Shown: piece after piece, positions 27,983-37,579 of the stretch
Layout of the letters: each line of letters starts with the position of its first letter
Numbering within the stretch: position 1 is the stretch's first letter
Source: a virus
Taxonomy: Duplodnaviria; Caudoviricetes
Reading direction: 5' to 3' (one strand)
IMG/VR virus record: IMGVR_UViG_2508501066_000002
Coordinates: 1 to 64,000 of that record
DNA: 64,000 nt
The notes under the pieces: generated by a model
Seen by the model: only the letters and a program-made list of their open reading frames with translations
Databases searched by the model: none
Told to the model about the DNA's origin: nothing
Program-made: the position numbers and the translations under genes

Positions 27983-28831
27983 TTATGCCGCCGCCGGATC
28001 TCCAACACTATACAGCTTCTTGGTAATCGGATCCGGGTAGCCCTTGAACTCGGCGTTGTAAATGCGCTCCTGATCATGCTTGTAGGCGAAGTTCAGAGCG
28101 CCCGCCGTGGCCGCCTTGTGAATGATGAAATCATCCTTCGGGTCGTTGCCGTTCTCGACCGGGCGCAGACGCAGTTCTTTCGCGATCGAGAGCAGGTTGG
28201 TGCCGACTGCGTTGGTGACATCGACCCGCGCCGCCGTGGGGTCCAAACCGCCCGTCAGAGCCACACCGGAAATGGTCATGCCCGAGCTGCCCGCGCCCAA
28301 CGTGAAGTTGTTACCCTCAACGCCCTTGGTCTTGTAGGTAATACTGATTGTCGCGTCGGCGCCGGCATAGGTCGCGCAAATCAGCTCCTTGCGGTAGGAA
28401 GTATTCAGGAAAGCCCTGAGATTCGTCGCCGTGTCGTTCGCGGTGATCCCGATCGCGACCTCGTCTTTCTTCGCATCCGCATCGAATTCCTTAAACGTGA
28501 TGACTACGCCATTGACGACGATGGTTTCGCCGTCGTCGGGCTGAGTCACCGTGATCGAGCCGGTTGCCGCAGCGCCGCCCGTCTCGATCAGCGTCGCGCC
28601 CGGCATGATGTTGACCATGTTCCGCAACGTGGTTTCGGCCAAGGGAATCTTGGCAACGACGTTGCGTTCCATGATGTATTCGTTGATGGTGGATTCGCCG
28701 AACTGATCGGCCTTGACCGGATGCGTGTTGGTGGTCACGTCCACTTCAACGCCGCCCTTGGTGTAACCGAGGTCATTGCCATCGAAGAAGATGTTGCAAA
28801 CCCCGAGTCGAATATTGTTTGTGTCGGACAT
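27983..28831 (-). CDS. major tail protein
   Basis: NIRLGVC...DLGYTKGGVEV...DQFGES; precedes chaperones. Confidence 0.85.
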   Translation of the reverse strand: MSDTNNIRLGVCNIFFDGNDLGYTKGGVEVDVTTNTHPVKADQFGESTINEYIMERNVVAKIPLAETTLRNMVNIMPGATLIETGGAAATGSITVTQPDDGETIVVNGVVITFKEFDADAKKDEVAIGITANDTATNLRAFLNTSYRKELICATYAGADATISITYKTKGVEGNNFTLGAGSSGMTISGVALTGGLDPTAARVDVTNAVGTNLLSIAKELRLRPVENGNDPKDDFIIHKAATAGALNFAYKHDQERIYNAEFKGYPDPITKKLYSVGDPAAA

Positions 28832-28843
28832 GATGTACTCCCG

Positions 28844-29224
28844 TTAAGATTCGTCGACGAAATGGATACGGAATTCGACGGCAAACTCGATGTAATCCCC
28901 CGCCGTCTCGGGGTAGGGAATGGGATCGCGAAGCGGCACGCACTGCATGACCTTGAAAGTCCGATCAAGCGCTCTCGGGCCGCGCCAAGTCAAAAGTTTT
29001 GCGATCTCGGACGCCAACCTGTAACCCTTGCCGGGATCGGCGTCTCGAATCACCATCAAAAAATCGCCGCGCCGATAGTTTGGAATCTCCGGATAACACT
29101 TGGCGCCGGGTAGATCGATCCTTAAGAGAACGCCCGTTTCGACGGTCTCCGGCATGTGATGCACAAAGATCGGCAGCATTGGGTATTGAAGCTTCAGATA
29201 ATCGGCAATCGGCAACAGATTCAT
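28844..29224 (-). CDS. tail terminator/minor capsid-type connector
   Basis: position and size. Confidence 0.6.
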   Translation of the reverse strand: MNLLPIADYLKLQYPMLPIFVHHMPETVETGVLLRIDLPGAKCYPEIPNYRRGDFLMVIRDADPGKGYRLASEIAKLLTWRGPRALDRTFKVMQCVPLRDPIPYPETAGDYIEFAVEFRIHFVDES

Positions 29225-29667
29225 CAGTGGCCGATCCCTTTCAAAAGATTGGCTTCGACATCGAAGCGAATCTCGTCTTCGAGATCTTCCGCCGCGCGTT
29301 CGAGATATTTGTTGCCGACGCGATAGCGTGAAGCAGCCTGCTTACGTTTCGATTCTTCGCCGAGCTCGTAGTCGGTTTCGTGGCGAATTTCGGCATAGTC
29401 GCCGACCTTCTTCGTGCCGTCTTTTCCGGCGGCATGATCCCTATCAATGCCGACTCTAAAAGCGACGCGATGACGTTCGTCCCGAAACTTCTCGACCACG
29501 ATGGCGTCTTCGAGATTGCCGTATTTCCGGGGCGCCTGTTCCGCCGCGCGTTCGGCGATCTTGTGCGCGCCTCGCTCCAATGCTTCGCGCGCACCCCTCG
29601 ATGCACGTTCGGCGACGTTCTGAAGCGCTTGAATCAGAGCGCCGGCATTTCGGACCAAAACACCCAT
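29224..29667 (-). CDS. HK97 gp10-like tail completion protein
   Basis: AP.KYGNLEDAI...YAEIRHE...VGNKYLERA. Confidence 0.75.
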   Translation of the reverse strand: MGVLVRNAGALIQALQNVAERASRGAREALERGAHKIAERAAEQAPRKYGNLEDAIVVEKFRDERHRVAFRVGIDRDHAAGKDGTKKVGDYAEIRHETDYELGEESKRKQAASRYRVGNKYLERAAEDLEDEIRFDVEANLLKGIGH

Positions 29668-30020
29668 TACGCCATTGCCTTGCTGATGGAGCAGTCAACC
29701 TCGACGTGATCGACCTTGCCATGAACGGTGAAACGACGCGTGATGGATTCAACCTTCAGCGTGTGACCCGCGACCACGATTTGAGCGCCGATCTTCAGCG
29801 CAAAATGCTCTTTCATGAGCAATCGGGCATCGTGGGCGACTTCGTGCGCATTGGCACTCGAACCCGACGCATCGGTACGAATCGACGTGCGTTCGCGATT
29901 CGCTCTGAGCCTGACGATCGCGCACAACCATTCGTACCGAGCTTCGGACAGCTTTCGCCGCCCATAGATGTCGTATTCATCCAGCGGCGTGATCGTGCAA
30001 GGAATCGTAGGATGCAGCAT
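29667..30020 (-). CDS. head-tail joining (stopper) protein
   Basis: DIYGR N-terminus, beta-rich, position. Confidence 0.6.
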   Translation of the reverse strand: MLHPTIPCTITPLDEYDIYGRRKLSEARYEWLCAIVRLRANRERTSIRTDASGSSANAHEVAHDARLLMKEHFALKIGAQIVVAGHTLKVESITRRFTVHGKVDHVEVDCSISKAMA

Positions 30021-30057
30021 GCGCGAATTATACCAAAAAAGTTAGCTCACCGCTAAC

Positions 30058-30768
30058 TTATTTTTGGATGCGAATCAGACGCTTGCTGTTGGGGTGGAAG
30101 AGCTTGTTGCGCGCATTGGCATAGTCAAGTGCCGTGAAGACATCGCCCTGATCGGTCTCGAACCGAGCGAACCCGAGATACTGCGCCGCAAACACGAAGG
30201 TGTCGGCGTAGACGGAACGGTAATGCCCGCGCAGCAGCAAGCTCAACGCCTTCGAAGCGTCAATTCGGCGGCCGGCGCGATTGATCACCTTATCGGGCGA
30301 TTCGCTGATCTTAACGAAACGAGCGCCGCGTTCCAGCGAGGTGTCGAACTTTGAGGCGGCGATCGCCGATCGAATCGCGAAATAACGAATCTGTTCCTCA
30401 AGCGCACGCGCATCGCGAAGAGCCTGATGATAAAAATCGTCCGCCACGCCGCGAGCGTGCGATTCGGCCAATTTGATCAAATTGCCGCGCACTTCGTCGT
30501 CGAGCGTGAGTCCCGTATCGAGCTCGACGGCATTCAGGGCTTCGAGCGTCAACGCGCGCGTACCGAGCATTACCTGAGCCTTGAAGCCTCCTCGAGAAAC
30601 GTTGATCAGATAGCGCAACGTTCGATGAAGCTGCCGGCGCGTCGCAGGCGAAGGGGTTAAAGATGCCGCCTGCTGAGTGCTCGCGACCAGAGTCGTGCGC
30701 AGGGCGCGATAATGATGAACGCCCTGCTCGGCGAGCCGGTCGATACGATCAATCAAAGCGTCGCTCAT
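30058..30768 (-). CDS. hypothetical head-associated protein
   Basis: C-terminal FHPNS recalls the HPNC motif of minor head proteins; coupled to adaptor. Confidence 0.5.
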   Translation of the reverse strand: MSDALIDRIDRLAEQGVHHYRALRTTLVASTQQAASLTPSPATRRQLHRTLRYLINVSRGGFKAQVMLGTRALTLEALNAVELDTGLTLDDEVRGNLIKLAESHARGVADDFYHQALRDARALEEQIRYFAIRSAIAASKFDTSLERGARFVKISESPDKVINRAGRRIDASKALSLLLRGHYRSVYADTFVFAAQYLGFARFETDQGDVFTALDYANARNKLFHPNSKRLIRIQK

Positions 30769-31577
30769 GCGCGTCCCGCAATCATCCGATAATCGAGATA
30801 GTCGCTCAGCGCTTCGAGCGCCCGACGCGACATCTGCCACATGATCGGCGTGCCCGGACGATACATATTGGACGATTCGCCGACCGTTTCCGACATGAGT
30901 CCTGCTTTACGGCGTTCCTGAATGGGATCAGCCCCCAGGATATCGTCCGCCTGCAGCACCTGTGCCCGATAGAGCGCCGACAGGAACTTCTCGGGCAACG
31001 CCAAAAACTCGTCGACGGAGAACGTCGAAAGATCGATTCTGCCGAGCGATTCGTTTTCGATAACATGTCCGCTCTGCGCGATGACGGCGCCATTGCCCGA
31101 GAGATTCTTGAAGCGAACCTTGATGAGCCGCGCGTAGGCATCGATCAGAGCGATCTTGCGTTGGCGATCGGTCGCGATATGCCAGTGGCCCGAAAGCTGC
31201 GGCAAATCGTCCGCAACCATCATGGCGCTCGCATAGCTTTGAAAGCTGTTGACCAGAATCGATGGTTCCGACACGTTGCCGATCGCGTAGAGAATCGACT
31301 TCTGAATCAAAGCGCCGCTCGGGAGCGTCAGTTCATAGCGCAATTCTCTGGCGGCGCGAGGTTGCCCCGCGTCAAGCTGGTTCAGTTCCGCCGCCAGGGT
31401 CACGCAGACCTCGACATCGCCGTCTTGAATGACCAACGGCGTCCAGTCGAGCAACACCATCCCGATGCCGTCGAGCAACTGATAACGCCCCGATATCGGC
31501 GTCGCGTCGACCTCGGCATCCGACCAAAAGGGGATTTTGAGCGTGACGGCGGCGCTATGAGCGTAGTAAGGCAGCAT
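30765..31577 (-). CDS. head-tail adaptor
   Basis: VNSF.SY..A...ALIDAY...AQVLQA...SETVGESS. Confidence 0.7.
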   Translation of the reverse strand: MLPYYAHSAAVTLKIPFWSDAEVDATPISGRYQLLDGIGMVLLDWTPLVIQDGDVEVCVTLAAELNQLDAGQPRAARELRYELTLPSGALIQKSILYAIGNVSEPSILVNSFQSYASAMMVADDLPQLSGHWHIATDRQRKIALIDAYARLIKVRFKNLSGNGAVIAQSGHVIENESLGRIDLSTFSVDEFLALPEKFLSALYRAQVLQADDILGADPIQERRKAGLMSETVGESSNMYRPGTPIMWQMSRRALEALSDYLDYRMIAGRA

Positions 31578-31625
31578 GGCTTAGTGGGCTTGTTTGGTCA
31601 AAATCTCATCGATCAGCTCGACGAT
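31550..31625 (+). repeat. 76-bp direct repeat, copy 1
   Basis: 74/76 identical to 33504-33579. Confidence 0.95.
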
Positions 31626-31645
31626 GGCGGTGCGAATAGATGAGG

Positions 31646-33022
31646 TCATTGCATACCCAGTTCGCGTAGATTCCAGATCCCGACATTCGCGATCGATAGC
31701 GAGGCAGGCGTGGCAATGCCGCCGTTGGCTGTACACGCGATGTAAAACTCAACGATGCCGGCTGGGGTCGAGCCGTCGAAATTCAACTCCGGGAAAATGC
31801 GCTCCATATAGATTTGTCCGCAGTCGATCAGCCCGGGATCGATATGCTCCTTTGCCGGCGTATTTTCTGCAACCTGCGCCCATTTATAAGTCATTAGACT
31901 TGTTCCAGGTGACGCTCTATCGCTGATACCAACTTGAAATTGTCCATTCCCGGTGGGGCCTGCCCCACCGGGGCGATGTGCGAAGTTGATAGAAAACGCT
32001 ATGCGATCGCCAGGCTGGAATCCAGTGAGACGCAATTCGGGCGCGGTGAAGCGGCTGTTAACGTTAAAACTTCCCCCGGCTGGCACGTCGAAACGCCATA
32101 CATTGCTGTTACCGTATGCGCCGACATTCGGGTCTGCGGTCGCCTGGTCCTGAATGGTCTGTGTGGCTCCGCCGTTCAGCGTGACCGTGCCTTGCCAGTA
32201 GGACCCACTTACGTCTGCGGTCGATCCGGTTGTGTTTATTGTTCCGGTATAGGTATTGAAGAGCCCGTTGATCGCCTTTTGATCGGTATTGTTGACCGGA
32301 GACGTTTTCATTGCCAGCCGAAGCTGGCCGTGTGCATCGTCCCCGACCAGCGGCTGCAACGCTTTACGCAGGGCATTCCCCGCGTGCCAACTGCCTACGC
32401 TGCTTAAATGTACGTTGTCTATAAAATACCCTGCTTTGAAGGCCATCCCCGCGCCATACGTATAATCAACGCACTCTTCGAATATGTCGGCGCACGGCAG
32501 GCCGTATATCGCAGCAAATCGGCGAATCGCATTATTCAAATTGCAGGTGCGTGAAATAATCGCCGTGTCAGCCGTGTTCCGCGGCGGGATTGTCGCCGCT
32601 ATCGGCGTTTTCCCCTTGGCATCGATCCTATCCCAGGCGCGTCGAATATCGTCAATGGTTTTCGCAGTCGCAACCCCTTGCCCGACATCGTTTGTTCCAC
32701 CGAGAAACATGACGTGTGTGACGGCCCTGTCATTCAACGGCACGCGATTTTCCAATGCAGGGTAAATTGGCGGATTTCCTTCCAATAGCTGATCAACCCT
32801 TAGCCCACCGGTGCCATCGTTAGGACCGGCCAGGAATGAATAATTAGCCTGTCGAGCCGCAGCAAGAACAATCGACTTCGTCCCGTGGGCATAATAATTC
32901 GCGGAAATTTGCCCCCCATAAATGAGTGAATCGCCGACGGCACCGACCATCACGGGCACCCGGCCTCGAGCGACGTCCTGACATCTGATTTTCCCCAACA
33001 ATGGATCGAAAACAATGTCCAC
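31646..33022 (-). CDS. SGNH/GDSL hydrolase-domain protein (moron)
   Basis: GDSL, GG, GTND, DNVH catalytic blocks plus C-terminal beta domain. Confidence 0.85.
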   Translation of the reverse strand: MDIVFDPLLGKIRCQDVARGRVPVMVGAVGDSLIYGGQISANYYAHGTKSIVLAAARQANYSFLAGPNDGTGGLRVDQLLEGNPPIYPALENRVPLNDRAVTHVMFLGGTNDVGQGVATAKTIDDIRRAWDRIDAKGKTPIAATIPPRNTADTAIISRTCNLNNAIRRFAAIYGLPCADIFEECVDYTYGAGMAFKAGYFIDNVHLSSVGSWHAGNALRKALQPLVGDDAHGQLRLAMKTSPVNNTDQKAINGLFNTYTGTINTTGSTADVSGSYWQGTVTLNGGATQTIQDQATADPNVGAYGNSNVWRFDVPAGGSFNVNSRFTAPELRLTGFQPGDRIAFSINFAHRPGGAGPTGNGQFQVGISDRASPGTSLMTYKWAQVAENTPAKEHIDPGLIDCGQIYMERIFPELNFDGSTPAGIVEFYIACTANGGIATPASLSIANVGIWNLRELGMQ

Positions 33023-33024
33023 GG

Positions 33025-33390
33025 TTACACTCCGAATGCAGCGACGACGAGATCCGACGAACTAGCCGATCTAGCCCACAACTCGACAGATTGCAGTAGC
33101 GCAACATTGAAATACATCAACACACTCGCATCGGCCGCCAGCCTGCCCGGTTCGCCCGAGGTGAACAGCACATGGAAATCCGGGACGATAAAACCCGAGT
33201 CCTTCAGTACTGGGGGGGCTTGATACGAATCTTTTACCCCCGAACCGCGCAGCTCGAACGCATTGAGTGCGCCAGGACCTATGTTGGTCATTTGTACGAC
33301 CAACACATTGGTCCCTTCGACGTCATAATCAGCAATGAGCGCAAGCGCTCCGCCCACGGTGATATTCTTTTCGAGGTAATTGGTCGACAT
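33025..33390 (-). CDS. hypothetical beta-rich protein (moron)
   Basis: AGGAGG RBS, adjacent to the SGNH gene. Confidence 0.6.
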   Translation of the reverse strand: MSTNYLEKNITVGGALALIADYDVEGTNVLVVQMTNIGPGALNAFELRGSGVKDSYQAPPVLKDSGFIVPDFHVLFTSGEPGRLAADASVLMYFNVALLQSVELWARSASSSDLVVAAFGV

Positions 33391-33503
33391 CTATCCTCCT
33401 AGTTGCTGGACGATCCGCCGCAGGGCTCGATCGAAAATGGTTTGAACTTGCGCCCGCTGGGCTTGTAACGTGTTGCCGAACATGTGCGCCCCCCTTTGTG
33501 CCC

Positions 33504-33579
33504 CGGCGCTATGGGCGTAGTAAGGCAGCATGGCTTAGTGAGCTTGTTTGGTCAAAATCTCATCGATCAGCTCGACGAT
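33504..33579 (+). repeat. 76-bp direct repeat, copy 2
   Basis: 74/76 identical to 31550-31625. Confidence 0.95.
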
Positions 33580-33981
33580 CGAGCGGCCCTTGATGCCGAG
33601 CGGATCGGCGATTTCGCGAATTCCGGCGATGCCCTTTTGATCGGCGATCGCTTCGAGCTGTTCGCGGGTGTAGATGTTGGTGGGGGTCGACGCTGATGAG
33701 GCAAGTTCATTCGGAACGCTCGGCGGCGTCTCGGCGAGCGCCTTCGGGTCAATCTCGCTCAGGGTGTGGGCCTTGTACGCAATGATGCTCTCGGCGACGC
33801 TGATGGCCTGGCCGGTCGCGTTGCCCTCGTCGTCGACCGCCTCGCAGCGAATGTTGCAGGAGATCTGGTTAACCTCGCGTTTTGACAAGTTTTCGACCGA
33901 GACGCCATCGACGAATTCTGCACCGCCGAAATTGCCGGTAAAGCTTTCAAAGCCCGGTTCAATGAGACGAATTTTGGGCAT
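33535..33981 (-). CDS. hypothetical head-cluster protein
   Basis: FTGNFGGAEFVDGVS; C-terminal small helical (HeH-like) domain. Confidence 0.6.
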   Translation of the reverse strand: MPKIRLIEPGFESFTGNFGGAEFVDGVSVENLSKREVNQISCNIRCEAVDDEGNATGQAISVAESIIAYKAHTLSEIDPKALAETPPSVPNELASSASTPTNIYTREQLEAIADQKGIAGIREIADPLGIKGRSIVELIDEILTKQAH

Positions 33982-34105
33982 GACGACAAACTCCAAAATG
34001 AATAAGTAACTCTTGACTTATTCTATCAGGTCAGAAACCATATGCAACAAGACAACAAAAAGAAAGGCGAGTTTTTCCCGCCTTTCTAACAAAGTCACGA
34101 ATGAC

Positions 34106-35008
34106 TTAGATATTGGTGATGCCTTTGATCCGGGCCAGACTCTTGGTGGACTTCAACGCGATGCCGCAGTACCACTTAAGCCTCGTCCGTCTCGCGTCTT
34201 TATTTTGGACCAAACCGACATCCTCGATACGGATACCGAGCTCCGGGCCACCGTAGAGACCGTGAAGACCGTCGGCGACATTGAGCCGCATCGCGTAGAT
34301 CGAGCAGCACGCGCTGGAGTTGCCCTGTACCTCGTCGGCCGGCAGGAAGTCGTTGACGATGATCGGCACGCCGTTGTGCGCCGGGATCGGGCCGTATTCG
34401 CCCTGAACCACGTTGTCGACCGAGGTACCGCCCAGGGACCGAAGCAATGCGCGATGAGCACGCAAGGTGCCGGCACGCATCATGATGACGTCGGCACCAT
34501 ACGGCACGGCGTCCAGAAGCTCGTCCAGCATCGACAAGGTCAGCGCAGCGCCGTTGGTGCCGGCGGTGATGGTCTGACCGGCGGTGACCAATTTGGCAAC
34601 GCCGTTGAATTCTTTCGGGTTGGAGGTGGCGTCACCGATCGCCAGCGTGCGACGGAATTTGCGTGCCATTCCTTTGGCCTTGGCCGCGATCTGCGTCTCG
34701 AACTGATTGTTGGTGTCGCTCATCGTTTCCCGCAGGAAGTTGTCGACATCGACGTCGCCGATCAGAACCTTCAGCGTTTCGGTCACGCTTTCGAAGGTCG
34801 CGGCGCCTTCCGGCACGGTATCGGTCACCGGATCGATGAAGTCCGCTTCGGACAGCGTCTTCTCGCGGTTGTAGACGTAAGCCTTGCTATTGACCTGCTC
34901 GAACGGGAGCAGAGAGAACAGTTCGTCGCGATCGATGAGTTCTTCAACGATGCCCTGAACCAGCGTGTTATTGGACAGCTTTTCAGCGTCCGCGCGAAGC
35001 AAACCCAT
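34106..35008 (-). CDS. major capsid protein
   Basis: 300 aa after scaffold; LLPF..V...YVYNRE, GDVDVDNF, KEFNG, GVPIIVNDF. Confidence 0.9.
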   Translation of the reverse strand: MGLLRADAEKLSNNTLVQGIVEELIDRDELFSLLPFEQVNSKAYVYNREKTLSEADFIDPVTDTVPEGAATFESVTETLKVLIGDVDVDNFLRETMSDTNNQFETQIAAKAKGMARKFRRTLAIGDATSNPKEFNGVAKLVTAGQTITAGTNGAALTLSMLDELLDAVPYGADVIMMRAGTLRAHRALLRSLGGTSVDNVVQGEYGPIPAHNGVPIIVNDFLPADEVQGNSSACCSIYAMRLNVADGLHGLYGGPELGIRIEDVGLVQNKDARRTRLKWYCGIALKSTKSLARIKGITNI

Positions 35009-35162
35009 GATTAACCCTCATTCAGCAGTGAGTTACAAAAGAAAACCGATTTCTCGCCTTCTTCGAAGCTCTCTTATCGAATGAAGGTGTTATTCACGAG
35101 ACGTTCTCTTGCCCCGTGAATAACTCAGTCATGACTTATTATAGGCGAAATGACGCCACCTG

Positions 35163-36023
35163 TCAACCAGTTTGCTTGGCGCGTTCCCTCAAACCGATGC
35201 GAATCTTGTCGATGCCGCGCAATTCGGCCTTATCGGGATTGTCCGGCGCCTTACGCGAGAGCGTCGTGCCGGAGCCGGCACCGGGCTGCATCTTGGACCT
35301 CAGAATAGCGTCCTTCTCGGGGTCTAATTCGATGATCTTCTCAATGGCATCCTCGAACGACAGCGCATTGCCCGAAGCGTCGATCAAGGGCGTCCGGCCC
35401 TGAGCGCCGCGCGGCTTGTCATAGGGTATGACTTGGCCGTTTTCGACCTCGAAATAATTGCCGTAGAAAACACGTGCCTTTGTCGGGGTTAAAAACGTCT
35501 TTTCTTTGATGTAGATGGAGTTGTCAAAGGCGTGACCCACGGTCAAATTATCGATCGTCGTCTTGAGCTCGGCGATCTGAGCGTCACGCGCCGCAAGCTG
35601 ACTCTTGAGCTCCTTCTCTTTTACCTGATGCTGTGTCACAAGCTGCTCCTTCAGCTTGTCCCACTCGCCCTTGGCTTCGAGCTGCTTTCGCTCGGCTTCT
35701 TTCTTTTCCTCGATCAGCGTCTTGACCTGTTCGAGATCAATGCCATCGAACGCCTTGAGCTTGGCTTCGAGATCCGCGATCTGAGCGGTCAGTTCGCCGA
35801 TCTTGGCCTTTTTCTGCATGTTTTCCTTGATGAGTTCGGCCTCGCGGTCGGAAATGCCCGACTTGCCCTTGCCGTCGTCGCTTTTGCCGGTCTTTCCACC
35901 CTGGGTCGCCCCGCCGTTGTCGACGTTATCTCCGGTTCCGCCGCCCGCCGACGTGCCGTCGTCGCCGGCTTTGTCCCAATAACCGCGTACCACTGACATG
36001 CGTTGTAAGTCTCTGAAATTCAT
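35163..36023 (-). CDS. capsid scaffolding protein
   Basis: G/D-rich N-terminus, coiled coil, PGAGSG near the C-terminus. Confidence 0.8.
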   Translation of the reverse strand: MNFRDLQRMSVVRGYWDKAGDDGTSAGGGTGDNVDNGGATQGGKTGKSDDGKGKSGISDREAELIKENMQKKAKIGELTAQIADLEAKLKAFDGIDLEQVKTLIEEKKEAERKQLEAKGEWDKLKEQLVTQHQVKEKELKSQLAARDAQIAELKTTIDNLTVGHAFDNSIYIKEKTFLTPTKARVFYGNYFEVENGQVIPYDKPRGAQGRTPLIDASGNALSFEDAIEKIIELDPEKDAILRSKMQPGAGSGTTLSRKAPDNPDKAELRGIDKIRIGLRERAKQTG

Positions 36024-36044
36024 AAACTATCCTCTAACATTGAA

Positions 36045-37550
36045 TTAAGTCGTTTCTTCCGATAATTTCTCGATGCCACTCGCGGGCATTTCCGGCGCGT
36101 CATCCCAGTTTTGAATCTCGACGCTCAACTTCTCGCGAAGATCCTTCTTGAGCTTTGGGAAGATCTTGTCGACCAGAATCTGCATCTGCTCGCGCTTGAC
36201 CCCCATCGGGGCGTTCAGCATCGAAAGATTGAGGGCGATATCGAACTCGTCCGCGAGACCCCGAACGTCGAAGGTTTCGGGGTATCGCACCCATTTCTCG
36301 GGGGTGAAGTCGTCGTCGTCGACATTGATGCCATTCCAACGACCGACCAGTCTCAACATGCCGTGTTCGAGCCGCGCCAAAGAAGCGGCTTTCGAAGTCA
36401 GCAGCGCGTTGATGCGCTCGAAATCGTAGGCTTTCGCAACCCCGGACGAATTGTCGATGCCGACCGCGTTGTCCTGCTTGGTTCGTTCGCCCGCCATGCC
36501 CACCGTATGATAGATCTCATTGATGATCTGCTTGATCACGGTAACGATGAGCTCGGCCTGACGCGGGTCCGGCGACAAGAAAAAGGGCTTTGCGCCATTT
36601 TCGCCATCATAGATGAAGATCCGCTTGGTGCCGACTTCCAACAGCTTGTTGTAGGCGTCGTCACCCGGTAGGATGCCCTGAGCCGGCATCGCGAGCTGAG
36701 AGAATGTCTGATCCTGAATGATGGCATCGAGATTGCTGAGGTAATTGGCAACCGCCCGATCGAGATAGGCGATGTCGCCAATCAGGGAAGGGGCGACATA
36801 GAGATTGTCGATGCCGTCGATGTGATCGTGCGCCAACACCGGCACAACCCCGGTCGGATTAATGCCGTTGTCGACCTCGACGACGATCTCTTTTCCGAGT
36901 CGATTCTTTTGAACCTCGAACAGTCGCCATTCGGTGCGAGTCCACAGACGATAGCGACTCCTCAAATCGCCCGAAGACGTAAAGGGATCGTCATCGTCGC
37001 GAAACGTCTCATGCAGCAAGATCCATTCGAACTCGTCGTGATCGTTAAAGCCCATGTCAAGCACGTCGACCGGCGAAACGACATAAGCGTAGACCCTTGC
37101 GCCGAGGCGCTTTTCTTCGGCCCTACTGATCAGCGCCATCGTCTTTGGCATATTGTTGTCGACCACGACGTAGACCCGTCCGAGCACCGAGGACTTCAGC
37201 GAGGCATAGCGCATGAAGGTATCGATCGGCAACCCGTTTCCACGTCCGGTGTTGGCCCAGAACTGATTGACGATGTCGGGCGCGTTCGCGACATCGCGAA
37301 CGATCTTCGGCCTGAAGATGTACTTGTTAACGAGATCCACCACTTCCCGTGTGTGATTGAACCGATAGGCACGCTTGACGCGATCGGGATATTCCTTGTC
37401 ACCCTCTTTGTGATAGCGAAAAATGTTATCGTCGAACCAGCCTCGCCCCCCTTCGTAGGTCTGCTCCATGAAGCGCCATTGAGGCAACATGGCTTCGTAC
37501 TCGGGGTGGCGTCGTGAGATGAATTTCTTGAGTTGTTTCTGGGTCAGCAT
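36045..37550 (-). CDS. portal protein
   Basis: 501 aa between terminase and scaffold; G.VP, SSGVAKAYD. Confidence 0.85.
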   Translation of the reverse strand: MLTQKQLKKFISRRHPEYEAMLPQWRFMEQTYEGGRGWFDDNIFRYHKEGDKEYPDRVKRAYRFNHTREVVDLVNKYIFRPKIVRDVANAPDIVNQFWANTGRGNGLPIDTFMRYASLKSSVLGRVYVVVDNNMPKTMALISRAEEKRLGARVYAYVVSPVDVLDMGFNDHDEFEWILLHETFRDDDDPFTSSGDLRSRYRLWTRTEWRLFEVQKNRLGKEIVVEVDNGINPTGVVPVLAHDHIDGIDNLYVAPSLIGDIAYLDRAVANYLSNLDAIIQDQTFSQLAMPAQGILPGDDAYNKLLEVGTKRIFIYDGENGAKPFFLSPDPRQAELIVTVIKQIINEIYHTVGMAGERTKQDNAVGIDNSSGVAKAYDFERINALLTSKAASLARLEHGMLRLVGRWNGINVDDDDFTPEKWVRYPETFDVRGLADEFDIALNLSMLNAPMGVKREQMQILVDKIFPKLKKDLREKLSVEIQNWDDAPEMPASGIEKLSEETT

Positions 37551-37579
37551 TATTTAGTCACCAATAACTTATTATTGCG

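Noticed and set aside
31550-33579. Diversity-generating retroelement TR/VR pair
   Set aside because: Only two synonymous, reciprocal differences, the repeat spans a gene junction, and there is no reverse transcriptase
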